A stretch of DNA of 64,000 bases from the NCBI GenBank assembly GCA_963794325.1, contig CAWCDG010000004.1, forward strand, positions 800,001 through 864,000. Reading direction: 5' to 3'. Positions 8,113-18,014 of the stretch are shown here, one piece after another. Numbering within the stretch: position 1 is the first letter of the stretch; each line of letters begins with the position of its first letter. The notes under the pieces are model-generated. The model was not told the DNA's origin, searched no databases, and worked only from the letters and a program-made list of their open reading frames with translations. The translations under genes and the position numbers were made by a program. The stretch comes from an uncultured delta proteobacterium. GTDB lineage: Bacteria > Desulfobacterota > Binatia > Binatales > Binataceae.

Positions 8113-9921
8113 ATGCAGCCCGACAGTATTGTCCATAATGCCAGGATCGCAACGAATGGCGTCCCGTCGTTCGTCGAAGCAGTCGCTATCACGGACGGAA
8201 AGATCAGTGCGGTAGGTCGCAGTGACGAGATTCTGCGGCAGCGTGGCCCGGCGACGAATGTGATCGATTGCGGTGGCCGCACCGTCATTCCCGGCCTGAA
8301 TGACTCGCACATGCATCCGATCCGCGGCGGGCTTAACTACAACATGGAGTTGCGTTGGGATGGTGTGCCGTCGCTTGCCGACGCACTGCGTATGCTGAAG
8401 TCGCAAGCTGCGCTGACACCTGCCCCGCAGTGGGTGCGAGTGGTAGGAGGATGGACGGAATTCCAGTTCGCGGAACGGCGTATGCCCACGCTGGATGAGA
8501 TCAACGCGGTGTCACCGGACACGCCGGTCTTTGTGCTCCACTTATATGATCGCGCGCTTCTAAATGCGGCGGCGCTACGCGCTGTCGGATACACCAAAGA
8601 TACGCCTCCACCACCTGCCGGCGAGATCCAGCGCGATCGCCAGGGCAATCCAACAGGACTGCTCATCGCCAAGCCCAGCGCGATGATTCTCTACGCCACG
8701 CTGGCCAAGGGACCCAAACTCTCGCGCGAAGACCAGATAAATTCGACGCGCCTGTTCATGCGCGAGCTCAATCGGTTCGGTATAACGAGCGTCGTAGACG
8801 CTGGAGGCGGCTTCCAGAATTATCCAGATGACTACGAAGTCGTGCGCGAGCTGCACGAGCGCGGCGAGATGACGGTCCGCCTGGCGTACAATCTGTTTAC
8901 TCAGAAGCCGAAGCAAGAGCTGGGCGACTTTCAGTCGTGGACCCGGATGACGAAACCCGGCGCGGGCGACGATTTTTTCCGGATGAACGGCGGGGGCGAG
9001 ATGCTCGTCTACTCGGCGGCGGATTTCGAGGATTTCCTCGAGCCACGTCCTGAAATGCCCGACCCGATGGAAGCGGAACTAAAGTCAGTGGTACGGCACC
9101 TCGCTGAGAATCGCTGGCCGTTCCGGCTGCACACGACCTACGAGGAGACCATCACGCGCGCGCTGAACGTGTACGAAGAAGTGAATCGCGAGGTCCCATT
9201 CGACGGTCTTCACTGGTTCTTCGACCACTGCGAAACGATCTCAGATCGCAATATCGAACGCGTCAAAGCACTCGGCGGCGGTATCGCGGTTCAGGACCGG
9301 ATGGCGTTTCAAGGCGAATATTTCGTCGATCGCTACGGCGCCAAGCAGGCGAGGCGTACTCCGCCGATCAGGAAAATGCTTGAGTTGGGCGTACCGGTCG
9401 GCGCGGGCACAGACGCGACGCGGGTCTCAAGCTACAACCCATTCCTTTCGTTGTACTGGCTCATCACCGGCAAGACCATCGGCGGGACCGCGCTCTACAA
9501 TGAGGACAACCGCCTGGAACGGATGGAGGCGCTTCGCCTGTATACCGTCGGCAGCAGTTGGTTCTCTTCAGAGGACGGCAAGAAGGGATCGCTCGCACCC
9601 GGCCAACTGGCGGATCTGGCCGTGCTGTCCGCGGACTACTTTTCGATTCCTGAAGATGAGATCAAACGTCTGGAGTCCGTGCTGACGATAGTGGACGGCA
9701 AAATAGTCTACGCGAATGAACCATTCGCAAAGCTCGCACCTCCGGCGTTGCCGGTGAGTCCCGACTGGTCGCCGGTCAAGCAGTACGGCGGTTACTGCCG
9801 AACTCCATTGACACACGCCGCAGCGAATCTCCATTCGGCAAAGCGCGTGAGCGAATCGCGTTCTCACATTTGGCATCCGCGCCACTTATGGGATTTTGGG
9901 TGCGATTGCTTCGCGTTCTAA
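8113..9921 (+). CDS. Amidohydrolase (YtcJ-like, Amidohydro_3)
   Basis: PGLNDSHMH, RLHTT, DHCE, GAGTD, KGSLAPGQLADLAVL; C-terminal GCDCFAF. Confidence 0.93.
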   Translation: MQPDSIVHNARIATNGVPSFVEAVAITDGKISAVGRSDEILRQRGPATNVIDCGGRTVIPGLNDSHMHPIRGGLNYNMELRWDGVPSLADALRMLKSQAALTPAPQWVRVVGGWTEFQFAERRMPTLDEINAVSPDTPVFVLHLYDRALLNAAALRAVGYTKDTPPPPAGEIQRDRQGNPTGLLIAKPSAMILYATLAKGPKLSREDQINSTRLFMRELNRFGITSVVDAGGGFQNYPDDYEVVRELHERGEMTVRLAYNLFTQKPKQELGDFQSWTRMTKPGAGDDFFRMNGGGEMLVYSAADFEDFLEPRPEMPDPMEAELKSVVRHLAENRWPFRLHTTYEETITRALNVYEEVNREVPFDGLHWFFDHCETISDRNIERVKALGGGIAVQDRMAFQGEYFVDRYGAKQARRTPPIRKMLELGVPVGAGTDATRVSSYNPFLSLYWLITGKTIGGTALYNEDNRLERMEALRLYTVGSSWFSSEDGKKGSLAPGQLADLAVLSADYFSIPEDEIKRLESVLTIVDGKIVYANEPFAKLAPPALPVSPDWSPVKQYGGYCRTPLTHAAANLHSAKRVSESRSHIWHPRHLWDFGCDCFAF

Positions 9922-9934
9922 GGAGGGCAGTATT

Positions 9935-10126
9935 ATGGCCGCTGCCATCATTGGACTCGTTCTTGGCTTGGTCATCGGAGCCGGATGCCGGTTCTTCGAT
10001 ATTCCATCGCCAGCACCCCCGCGCTTGATTGGGGCGTGTCTCTTGCTCGCGATGACGGTAGGCTTCGTTACTGCAGACCATATACTGTCGCCGGGGAAAA
10101 CATTGGTGCAACTGGATACACCATGA
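9935..10126 (+). CDS. XapX/DUF1427 small membrane protein
   Basis: MAAAIIGLVLGLVIGAGCRFFDIPSPAPPRLIGA; AGGAGG RBS. Confidence 0.85.
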   Translation: MAAAIIGLVLGLVIGAGCRFFDIPSPAPPRLIGACLLLAMTVGFVTADHILSPGKTLVQLDTP

Positions 10127-10359
10127 AATCGATGATCGGCATTGCACTGGCGTTCGCATTGGGGTTCGCGTGCCGGGCGTTCGGAATTCCATCGCCGGCA
10201 CCACCTCTAATACTTGGCGCATTGCTCGTGATGACAATGACGATCGGTTACATCGCAGTCGATCGCTGGATGGCGTCGCCGGCTCAGCATGCTCCGGATT
10301 GCGGCGGACCGAGCGGGCTGGCCGCATCTCAGGCACTATCGAAAAGTGCGGAGCACTGA
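10123..10359 (+). CDS. XapX/DUF1427 small membrane protein (second copy)
   Basis: MKSMIGIALAFALGFACRAFGIPSPAPPLILGA; ATGA overlap with the first copy. Confidence 0.85.
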   Translation: MKSMIGIALAFALGFACRAFGIPSPAPPLILGALLVMTMTIGYIAVDRWMASPAQHAPDCGGPSGLAASQALSKSAEH

Positions 10360-10400
10360 GCGATGCCAGCGCTGCAATTCGCCGAGTTCGTCGCGTTCGT

Positions 10401-11873
10401 GTGACAGAAAATTCGGTGCACTCGGCATACACCCAACAAGGTCAATCTCGTTCTCGATCATGGCAATTGGTTGTCGCTGCCGGTGCTGCTGTTCTAGTGC
10501 TAGCAAGTGTCGCCCGGAGCCAGGCGGCCTCGTCCTGTCCTTCGGGGCCAAAGTATTCGAATGTCCGATACGATGACGATTTCAGCTACCTGCGCGATCC
10601 CGCATGCCGCAATGATTTCTGGGATCCGCTCAAATACATACCACTCAATTCGCGACGAGACTGGTATCTTTCTCTCGGCGGTGAAATCCGCGAACGCTAT
10701 GAGCGCTTTAACAATCCTCTTTGGGGGCAGCAACCCCAGAGTCGCGGCGGATACCTGTTGCAACGGTATTTCCTCATTGGCGATCTCCACTTGGGAGAAA
10801 GCGTACGGATTTTCTCTGAATTGATGAGCGATTGGGAAAACGACAGGGTCGGCGGACCGCGCCCAATGATCGATCAGGATCAGCTGGATTTCACACAGTT
10901 CTTTGTCGATCTAAAACTGCACCCGTTCGGTTCCGATACTTCGTTAACACTTCGTGTCGGTCGCCAGTGGTTGATCTATGGATCTCAGCGTTTGATATCC
11001 AATCGCTACGGACCCAACGTGCCCCTGCCGTTTGATGGAGTGAAAGCGATTTTGAATGCGGCTCCTTGGCGCGTCGATGCCTTCGCGACCAAGCCGGTCG
11101 AAACCAACCCCGGCGTCTTCGACGACCAGTCTCATCTGCCCTCATGGTTCTGGGGAATTTACGCTGTGCGACCGCTCTCATTCATCGATGGCGCCAACAT
11201 CGACCTCTACTACTTGGGGACTCACAATAAGACTGCTACCTACGCGAATGAGTCGGGCAAGGAAAGTCGGCAAACCGTTGGCACCCGCCTGTGGGGCGTC
11301 CGAGGGGCTTGGGACTCCAACTCAGAATTCGTCGGTCAGACCGGAACATTTGCCGACGGCTACATCCTGGCCTGGAGCGCAGCTACGGATACCGGTTATA
11401 CGCTACAGCCCGTTCCACTCCAGCCTCGAATCGGGCTACGGGCGGGTGTCGCTAGCGGCGATCACGACAAACATGGTCCAAACCTTCAGACATTCAGTCC
11501 ATTATTCCCCACTGGTTTCTATTTCAACCAGGCGATTCTTAACGGTCCGTTAAATGAAATGGGTGTTCATCCGAACCTCATGCTTCACATGGGTGAAAGC
11601 ATTGCACTCAATGGCGAATGGGGCTGGTTCTGGCGCCAAAGCACTAGTGATGGGATCTACGGACTCGGTTCAAACCTGTTACGCCCGGTTGGGACTACCA
11701 AGGATACCTACGAAGGCAGCCAGGCCCAGGTGACATTCGATTGGCAGCTCGATGCTCACACGCACTTTCAAATTAACTACCTGCACTTTTTCGTAGGAGG
11801 CTATCTTAAAGATACGTCGCCAGTCGGAAAAGATGTGGATTTCGTGACAACGTCAATTCAATACCTCTTTTAG
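10401..11873 (+). CDS. Alginate-export-family outer-membrane beta-barrel
   Basis: Signal peptide, RYDDDFSYL...PLKYIPL, LRVGRQ, C-terminal aromatic (IQYLF). Start uncertain; GTG at 10401 is in frame with ORF 10170. Confidence 0.85.
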   Translation: MTENSVHSAYTQQGQSRSRSWQLVVAAGAAVLVLASVARSQAASSCPSGPKYSNVRYDDDFSYLRDPACRNDFWDPLKYIPLNSRRDWYLSLGGEIRERYERFNNPLWGQQPQSRGGYLLQRYFLIGDLHLGESVRIFSELMSDWENDRVGGPRPMIDQDQLDFTQFFVDLKLHPFGSDTSLTLRVGRQWLIYGSQRLISNRYGPNVPLPFDGVKAILNAAPWRVDAFATKPVETNPGVFDDQSHLPSWFWGIYAVRPLSFIDGANIDLYYLGTHNKTATYANESGKESRQTVGTRLWGVRGAWDSNSEFVGQTGTFADGYILAWSAATDTGYTLQPVPLQPRIGLRAGVASGDHDKHGPNLQTFSPLFPTGFYFNQAILNGPLNEMGVHPNLMLHMGESIALNGEWGWFWRQSTSDGIYGLGSNLLRPVGTTKDTYEGSQAQVTFDWQLDAHTHFQINYLHFFVGGYLKDTSPVGKDVDFVTTSIQYLF

Positions 11874-11886
11874 AAGGAACGCCCCG

Positions 11887-12810
11887 ATGCGAATAACCAG
11901 AGCCTTTATGGCGGCTATCATTGTTCTTCTCGTTATTGGCTATGTTGGTCCTTTGTCGTTCCCTACACCAGCATTTGCCGAGACCGCGAGAGCTACTTCA
12001 AACGTGGCTGTGGGTCCTCAATATGACACGACCCACGTTTATGTCGCGCCAGGTGAATTCGACACTTTCGTCGCTAGCCTTGTTGCAACTTTTGGCGGCA
12101 CGACTTCGAAGAAAGGTGTCTTCACTGTAACCCCTACTCCCAGCAAGACGATGTCTCAATTGGTACTCACACCAGTGGGAACAATATCCGTCTTCGGTTT
12201 CGAGACGCCGATTCCGTATCCATTTGGCTCAGAGCGGACGGGTTATCTTGTGACTGACATGGAGTCGGCGATCAGCGCTGCTCACGCGACCGGCGCAGAT
12301 ATTCTCGTCAGTCCCTTCAAGGATCCGATCGGCCTGGATGCGATCATCCAATGGCCGGGCGGGGTCAACACACAACTGTACTGGCATACCACCGCACCAT
12401 CTTATGCGCCTCTCCAGAGCATTCCGGAAAATCGTGTTTACGTCTCCTCATATGCAGTGAGCGCTTTCGTGCGCAGCTTTCGTGCCTTCTCACACGGCGA
12501 AGTTATTTCAGATGATGCGCATGCCCCCGGCCTCGAAATCGGACGCCCCGCCGATACTTATCGAAGAATTCGAATCCAATCGAAGTTTGGCAAGATGACC
12601 GTGCTCGTGACAGATGGCCATCTGCCGTATCCATATGGACGAGAGATAACCGGGTATGAGGTCGCTAACCTCTCGGACACCCTCTCCAAGGCCAAAGCAG
12701 CCGGCGTAGCCGTCCTCGTCGATCCCTACAAAGCCGACGATCGGAATGCAGCCATGGTGCGATTTCCTGGCGGCTACATAGCTGAAGTCCATTCGCTCGT
12801 CAGTAGATAG
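11887..12810 (+). CDS. Secreted glyoxalase/VOC-fold protein
   Basis: Signal peptide; duplicated PYPFG-ERTGYLV / PYPYGREITGYEV and WPGG/FPGG repeats. Confidence 0.75.
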   Translation: MRITRAFMAAIIVLLVIGYVGPLSFPTPAFAETARATSNVAVGPQYDTTHVYVAPGEFDTFVASLVATFGGTTSKKGVFTVTPTPSKTMSQLVLTPVGTISVFGFETPIPYPFGSERTGYLVTDMESAISAAHATGADILVSPFKDPIGLDAIIQWPGGVNTQLYWHTTAPSYAPLQSIPENRVYVSSYAVSAFVRSFRAFSHGEVISDDAHAPGLEIGRPADTYRRIRIQSKFGKMTVLVTDGHLPYPYGREITGYEVANLSDTLSKAKAAGVAVLVDPYKADDRNAAMVRFPGGYIAEVHSLVSR

Positions 12811-12871
12811 AATGCGAAGGCAACAGTCTTTTACTCCAGGTACTAGCTCGCGTCCAAGAGGTTAGGCTAGC

Positions 12872-14518
12872 TTGGCGCCTCGCGAAGAAACTGCCGATCC
12901 AGCGACGCCTTCGAACCAACGGCCGAACTCTGCCTGGAGCCCGTTTCGGCATAAGACCTTCGCCGTCATTTGGACCGCGACCGTTATCTCAAACATCGGC
13001 GGCTGGATGTACAGCGCAGCGTCGGGCTGGCTGATGACCAGCCTCAACCCTTCGCCGCTTATCGTTTCGATGGTCCAGGTTGCAACGAGTTTACCGTACT
13101 GCCTCTTTGCCCTTCCGGCCGGCGCACTTGCCGATATCGTGGACCGGCGCAAACTTCTCATCTTCGGCGAGGTCGTTACGATCGTTTTCTCGTCCGCGCT
13201 TGCCGCGCTCGTACTGCTTCATCGGGTAACTCCACTGAACTTGCTGCTTCTTACATTCCTAATAGAGGCGGGCTCTGCCGTCATCGCGCCCGCCTGGCAA
13301 GCAGTCGTTCCACAGCTCGTTCCGAAATCGGATTTGGCTGCAGCGGTGTCTGCCAACAGCGCCGGCATCAACGTCAGCCGCGCCGTCGGTCCCGCGCTCA
13401 GCGGTGCAGTAATTGGCGCGTACGGAATTGCGGCTCCCTTTTGGATCAACGCCGTTAGCACCCTGGCGGTTGTTGGCGCGCTCGTATGGTGGCGCCAATC
13501 GAGTAGCGGCGACCGACGTCTGCCCCCAGAGCGCTTCCTCAATGCCATTCGCACGGGTTTGCGATATGCGCGATACAACGGACCTCTTAGTGCGACCCTG
13601 ATCCGCGCAACAGCCTTCTTCGTGTTCGCCAGCGCTTACTGGGCCTTATTGCCGCTTGTTGCGCGCAGACAAATCGCCGGGGGACCGGAAATCTACGGCG
13701 TCCTACTCGGTGCGATCGGCGCCGGAGCGGTAGGCGGTGCATTTGCTTTGCCTCGATTAAAAGCGGCGCTCAATCCCGACTGGCTCGTAGCTGTAGGGAC
13801 CTTTGGCACCGCTAGTGCGATGGCGTTATTCGGGCTGGCTCACGAGGTCTTTTTGGGTTTGGCCGCAAGCTTGATCGCTGGCGTTTCGTGGATCACGGTG
13901 CTGTCCAGTCTCAATATTTCAGCGCAGGTCGCGTTGCCGGAATGGGTGCGCGGGCGCGGACTTTCTATGTTCGTAACAGTCCTTTCCGCCGGTTTGACGA
14001 TTGGCAGCGCGATATGGGGACAGGTTGCGACGATTGCTGGCCTTCCACTCGCCCACTTCATCGCCGCGGGCGGCGCGTTGATAGCGATACCGCTAACGTG
14101 GAGATGGAAGCTGCAAACCGGCGCTGACCTCGACCTGACGCCCTCGATGAGGTGGCCTGCACCGATCACCACTCATGAAATCGAACGCGATCGCGGACCG
14201 GTACTTATAACGACGGAGTACGACATCGATCCGGCGCAGCGCGAAGCGTTCCTGAAGGCGATCGCCGAATTGGCACGCGAGCGCCGCCGCGACGGCGCGT
14301 ACGACTGGGGAATATTCGAGGATCCGGCGAACGACGGTCGATTTGTTGAGACCTTTCTCGTCGATTCCTGGTTGGAGCATCTGCGGCAGCATGAGCGTGT
14401 GACCAAAGCCGATAGTGCGCTACAGATAGCCGTCGATCGCTTTCAGAGGAAAGGCGCACCGAAAGTCACACATCTGATCGCAGCAGATCTTCCCGGCGCC
14501 TCGAACGCCGACCGTTAG
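12872..14518 (+). CDS. MFS transporter (MFS_3/DUF894 type) with C-terminal soluble domain
   Basis: About 12 TM segments, GALADIVDRRK motif A, C-terminal SWLEHLRQHERVT. Confidence 0.9.
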   Translation: MAPREETADPATPSNQRPNSAWSPFRHKTFAVIWTATVISNIGGWMYSAASGWLMTSLNPSPLIVSMVQVATSLPYCLFALPAGALADIVDRRKLLIFGEVVTIVFSSALAALVLLHRVTPLNLLLLTFLIEAGSAVIAPAWQAVVPQLVPKSDLAAAVSANSAGINVSRAVGPALSGAVIGAYGIAAPFWINAVSTLAVVGALVWWRQSSSGDRRLPPERFLNAIRTGLRYARYNGPLSATLIRATAFFVFASAYWALLPLVARRQIAGGPEIYGVLLGAIGAGAVGGAFALPRLKAALNPDWLVAVGTFGTASAMALFGLAHEVFLGLAASLIAGVSWITVLSSLNISAQVALPEWVRGRGLSMFVTVLSAGLTIGSAIWGQVATIAGLPLAHFIAAGGALIAIPLTWRWKLQTGADLDLTPSMRWPAPITTHEIERDRGPVLITTEYDIDPAQREAFLKAIAELARERRRDGAYDWGIFEDPANDGRFVETFLVDSWLEHLRQHERVTKADSALQIAVDRFQRKGAPKVTHLIAADLPGASNADR

Positions 14519-14788
14519 CCTTCACGATAGCGCAATTCCGACAACTCGAATTCCGGTCCAGATAAGTGTCCAACAGGGTCTTGCTGGTTCTCATTCAGTG
14601 CGGGAAGTTTTCCCACCCTGACCCACCTTAGACCAAAAGACGTCCTGACTAAAATTCTGCGATCGCAAGCCTCTCGGAGGTAGCCGCTCGATTCCGCTCT
14701 GCCCAAGCTATCAGGGAATCTAAATAGAACCCGGGAATCATCTACTACCGCTCGACTTCCACGACTAATGCCTGGCCCGCGTTCGAAT

Positions 14789-15814
14789 TTATGCTTGCAG
14801 TCTCTCAGCAGCGTGCCGGTAGGCAAACATGAAGTACGCCGCGACCAACGCCATTCCCGGAATGAACCATACCAGTCCGATGCTGAGTCCATGGCTGGAA
14901 GCGGAGGCGTTATAGATGGTCAATCCATTTTGGGCATCGCTAATCGAAGGTAGCAGGTATGGATAGTGCCCGAATGCGGCCGCAGCGAGCATCGTAAGGA
15001 CATACGCGCATGAACACAGGAACGCGGCTGGATCACGATCAGCACGGCTTGACAATTTCACCCCCGCGAGGCTACCGAGAGCCGTTACCGGGAAAATAAA
15101 TCCCCAAGGGCGAGCCGCGTAGCGGCGCGCGAAATGGGGCAGCGTTAGTGGAACGACTAACAGGAGCGCGATTGTCAGCAGCACGAGGATCGCCCACGCT
15201 AGATGGGCCATCCGCCGCGAGCGAGATTGCAGCTCGCCACGAGTCTTCATTGCGACCCACAGCGCGCCATGCATTGTAAGCGCCGCAACGCTCGCCACGC
15301 CCAACGTAATCGTGAACCAATCCAGGATGCCCGGGTCGGGTCCGATGCGAAAATTTGTCCAGAGCGGAAGAAAGAAAGAATCGTTCGCGTCGAGTGGAAC
15401 TCCGCGCATAACGTTACCCAGGGCGGCGCCGAAAAAAAGTGCAAGTAGGGCGCTAGCCCCCGCAAAGACCACGTCCCAGAACGGCATCCAGACGGGACTT
15501 CTTATGTGATTGCGAAACTCCACAGCGATGCCGCGCAAGATGAGCAGCCACAGCACAATCATCAACGGCAAATAAAATCCGCTGAATCCAGATGCGTATG
15601 CGGCGGGGAATGCGAAGAAGAGAGTACCGCCCCCAGCGATCAACCACACTTCGTTCCCGTCCCAAACAGGCCCGATCGATTTCAAGAGTACGCGGCGCTC
15701 AGAATCAGTCCGGGCGACAACCAAATGGACAATTCCGACACCCATGTCGAAACCATCAAGCACCGCGAAGATCGCGAACATGACCGCGACTATGCCGAAC
15801 CACAGTGTATTCGT
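14789..15814 (-). CDS. cydB: Cytochrome bd oxidase subunit II (expected start codon reads ACG)
   Basis: LDGFDMG, GPVWDGNEVWL, LRG..EFR motifs. AGGAG-N6-ACG AAT ACA CTG TGG lies where M-N-T-L-W is expected. Confidence 0.9.
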   Translation of the reverse strand, partial: TNTLWFGIVAVMFAIFAVLDGFDMGVGIVHLVVARTDSERRVLLKSIGPVWDGNEVWLIAGGGTLFFAFPAAYASGFSGFYLPLMIVLWLLILRGIAVEFRNHIRSPVWMPFWDVVFAGASALLALFFGAALGNVMRGVPLDANDSFFLPLWTNFRIGPDPGILDWFTITLGVASVAALTMHGALWVAMKTRGELQSRSRRMAHLAWAILVLLTIALLLVVPLTLPHFARRYAARPWGFIFPVTALGSLAGVKLSSRADRDPAAFLCSCAYVLTMLAAAAFGHYPYLLPSISDAQNGLTIYNASASSHGLSIGLVWFIPGMALVAAYFMFAYRHAAERLQA

Positions 15815-15828
15815 AGTGCTCTCCTGTC

Positions 15829-17187
15829 TCAGTCTGCGGCAGCGAGAACGTCTTGCGAGCCCGAATGCTCTACACCGCCAGGTCCGCGCTGGATCTCGAG
15901 ATAGATCAAGAACAGGAATAGGACCGAAAGCGCCGCATACATCCCCATGAAGCCTATCAGCGTGAACAATCCATTTCCCGCCGATACCAAGGGAGATATT
16001 CCAACGTCCGTGCGCATAAGCCCATAGACGAGCCACGGCTGACGTCCTAACTCGGCCGTAATCCATCCCGCCGTCGTAGCTATGTATGGAAATGGCGCGA
16101 GCAGCATCAACGCCCACAGCACCAACGGCGTGTCATACAGACGGCGTCGATACAGCAGCCATCCCGCCAGCGCGAAGACCGCGACGAAGATCGTCCCCAA
16201 GCCGACCATGATATGGTAGGCGTAATAGAGGAGTGGGATGTTATCCGGCCATTGATTACTGGGAAACTCCAGCAGCCCTTGCACCTCGGCCTTCCAGCGG
16301 CGATAGGTCAGAAAGCTCAGCACATCTGGAACAACTATTGGATTATCGATCTTTCGAGCTTCCACATTCGGCTGGCCGATGATCACGAGGGGCGCACCGC
16401 GCTGGTTTTCAAACAAACCTTCCATCGCCGCCAGGGTAACCGGTTGATAGCGCGCAACGTTTCGCCCCTGTCCGTCTCCAGTTGGAAACACCATCAGGAG
16501 AGATGCTATCAGTCCCGCGATCACACCCAGGCGCACGAATGTCTGGCCGAAGTCCTCGAACTGATGCATCAGGAGATAGAACGCTCCCAGCGCCGCCATC
16601 GCCACCGAGCCAGTTACTACCGCGCCCATCATGTTGTGAAGGTATTGCCAGATCGCCCATGGGTTGGTCAGAAGTGCTACCAGGCTCGTCAACCCGAACG
16701 TGCCGTCGTTGTTGATCGAGAAGCCCACCGGATGCTGCATCCATGCGTTAGTCGCGATAATGAAGAAGCCTGAGATCCACGAGCCCAGAAATACGAGGAA
16801 GGCCGCAAGCCAATGAAGGCGCGGCCCCAGCTGCTTTTCGCCGAACAGGAATGCGCCTAGAAACGTGGATTCCAGGAAGAACGAGAAGACCCCTTCCATT
16901 GCAAGCGTTTGTCCGATCACGCCGCCGGCGGTCTTCGAGAACGCCGACCAGTTGGTGCCGAACTGGAACTCCAACGGGATTCCGGTGACTACGCCGACGA
17001 CAAAGTTGATGCCGAAGATGCGACCCCAGAAGCGCGCGGCCTCGTCGTAGTGCCCATCGCCAGTACGAAGCGCGAGTGTCTTGAGGACCACGATAAGGAG
17101 CGCGAGACCCATCGTCAGCTGCGGAAACAGGTAATGAAAGGTGGCAGTGAATGCGAAATGGATACGATCAACCGTCAGTGCATCCAT
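15829..17187 (-). CDS. cydA: Cytochrome bd oxidase subunit I
   Basis: FHYLFP, FQFGTNW, NAWMQHP, QPVTLAAMEG, ELGRQPW; GGAGG RBS before ATG at 17187. Confidence 0.95.
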   Translation of the reverse strand: MDALTVDRIHFAFTATFHYLFPQLTMGLALLIVVLKTLALRTGDGHYDEAARFWGRIFGINFVVGVVTGIPLEFQFGTNWSAFSKTAGGVIGQTLAMEGVFSFFLESTFLGAFLFGEKQLGPRLHWLAAFLVFLGSWISGFFIIATNAWMQHPVGFSINNDGTFGLTSLVALLTNPWAIWQYLHNMMGAVVTGSVAMAALGAFYLLMHQFEDFGQTFVRLGVIAGLIASLLMVFPTGDGQGRNVARYQPVTLAAMEGLFENQRGAPLVIIGQPNVEARKIDNPIVVPDVLSFLTYRRWKAEVQGLLEFPSNQWPDNIPLLYYAYHIMVGLGTIFVAVFALAGWLLYRRRLYDTPLVLWALMLLAPFPYIATTAGWITAELGRQPWLVYGLMRTDVGISPLVSAGNGLFTLIGFMGMYAALSVLFLFLIYLEIQRGPGGVEHSGSQDVLAAAD

Positions 17188-17216
17188 CCTGGCCTCCGAG
17201 CGCGCATTCGCGATCT

Positions 17217-17876
17217 CTAGACAGCTTGCGTAGTTCCCTTCTGCGCGCGCGGCCAGAATACAACGGTAAGCGTCGTTACACCCTGGGCCGGGTGGACCGT
17301 GGTTCCCGCAATATCTGCGGAGCCTGATGGTCCAGACACTGGCTTTTGATAGGCCGCTGGAGCACTCAAATGTTCGCCGGACTGAAGTGCAACGTCGCCA
17401 GACAGAACGATCACGGCGACTCCGCGGCGCGCGATCGCGGTATTCATCGCTGTCTCCAACGCACGCGGCATCTGGGCAGGAGTCGAGACCAACTGACAGT
17501 AGTAGCTGCACTCCCTAAATAGCGACTCGGGATGCGTCTCCTGGAAATAATCGGAACCCATCTCGGCGCTTGGAATATGCGCAGCGATTGCGAGAACCGG
17601 TACAGAGCTTCGATGGCAATCGAAGAGCCCGTTGATTAGATGAAGGTTGCCGGGACCGCAACTCTCGGCACAGACGGCAAGCTCGCCGGTGACGTGCGCG
17701 TCGGCGCCTGCGGCGAAGGCCGCCACTTCCTCGTGGCGGACGTGGACCCATTCGATGGTTTTCTGTCGGCGCATCGCGTCGGTTATCCCGTTGAGCGAGT
17801 CGCCGACTATTCCGTAGATTCGCTTAACGCCCGCCGCGGCGAGCGTCGCTGCCAGGCTTTCCGCCACTGTCGGCAT
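17217..17876 (-). pseudogene. poxB: Truncated pyruvate:quinone oxidoreductase (N-terminal TPP domain only)
   Basis: [36 protein letters not shown]. Similarity is lost after about 180 aa (full-length PoxB is about 570 aa); conserved GSCGPG reads ESCGPG. Confidence 0.85.
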
Positions 17877-18014
17877 GATTTTTTCTCCCTCATAGCAGTG
17901 GTCCTGGGACTCTCACGCTAAAATTTCCCGCGCGTGTAACGATATTACTTCGAGCCGTTTTCTAACATGAACGCGGCAGGCCGTGGAAAGCCGGACGCAC
18001 CGGCGGTCTGCGAC

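Noticed and set aside
14515-14892. 125-aa minus-strand ORF after cydB
   Set aside because: It overlaps cydB out of frame, has no recognisable motif or RBS, and is treated as non-coding or degenerate.
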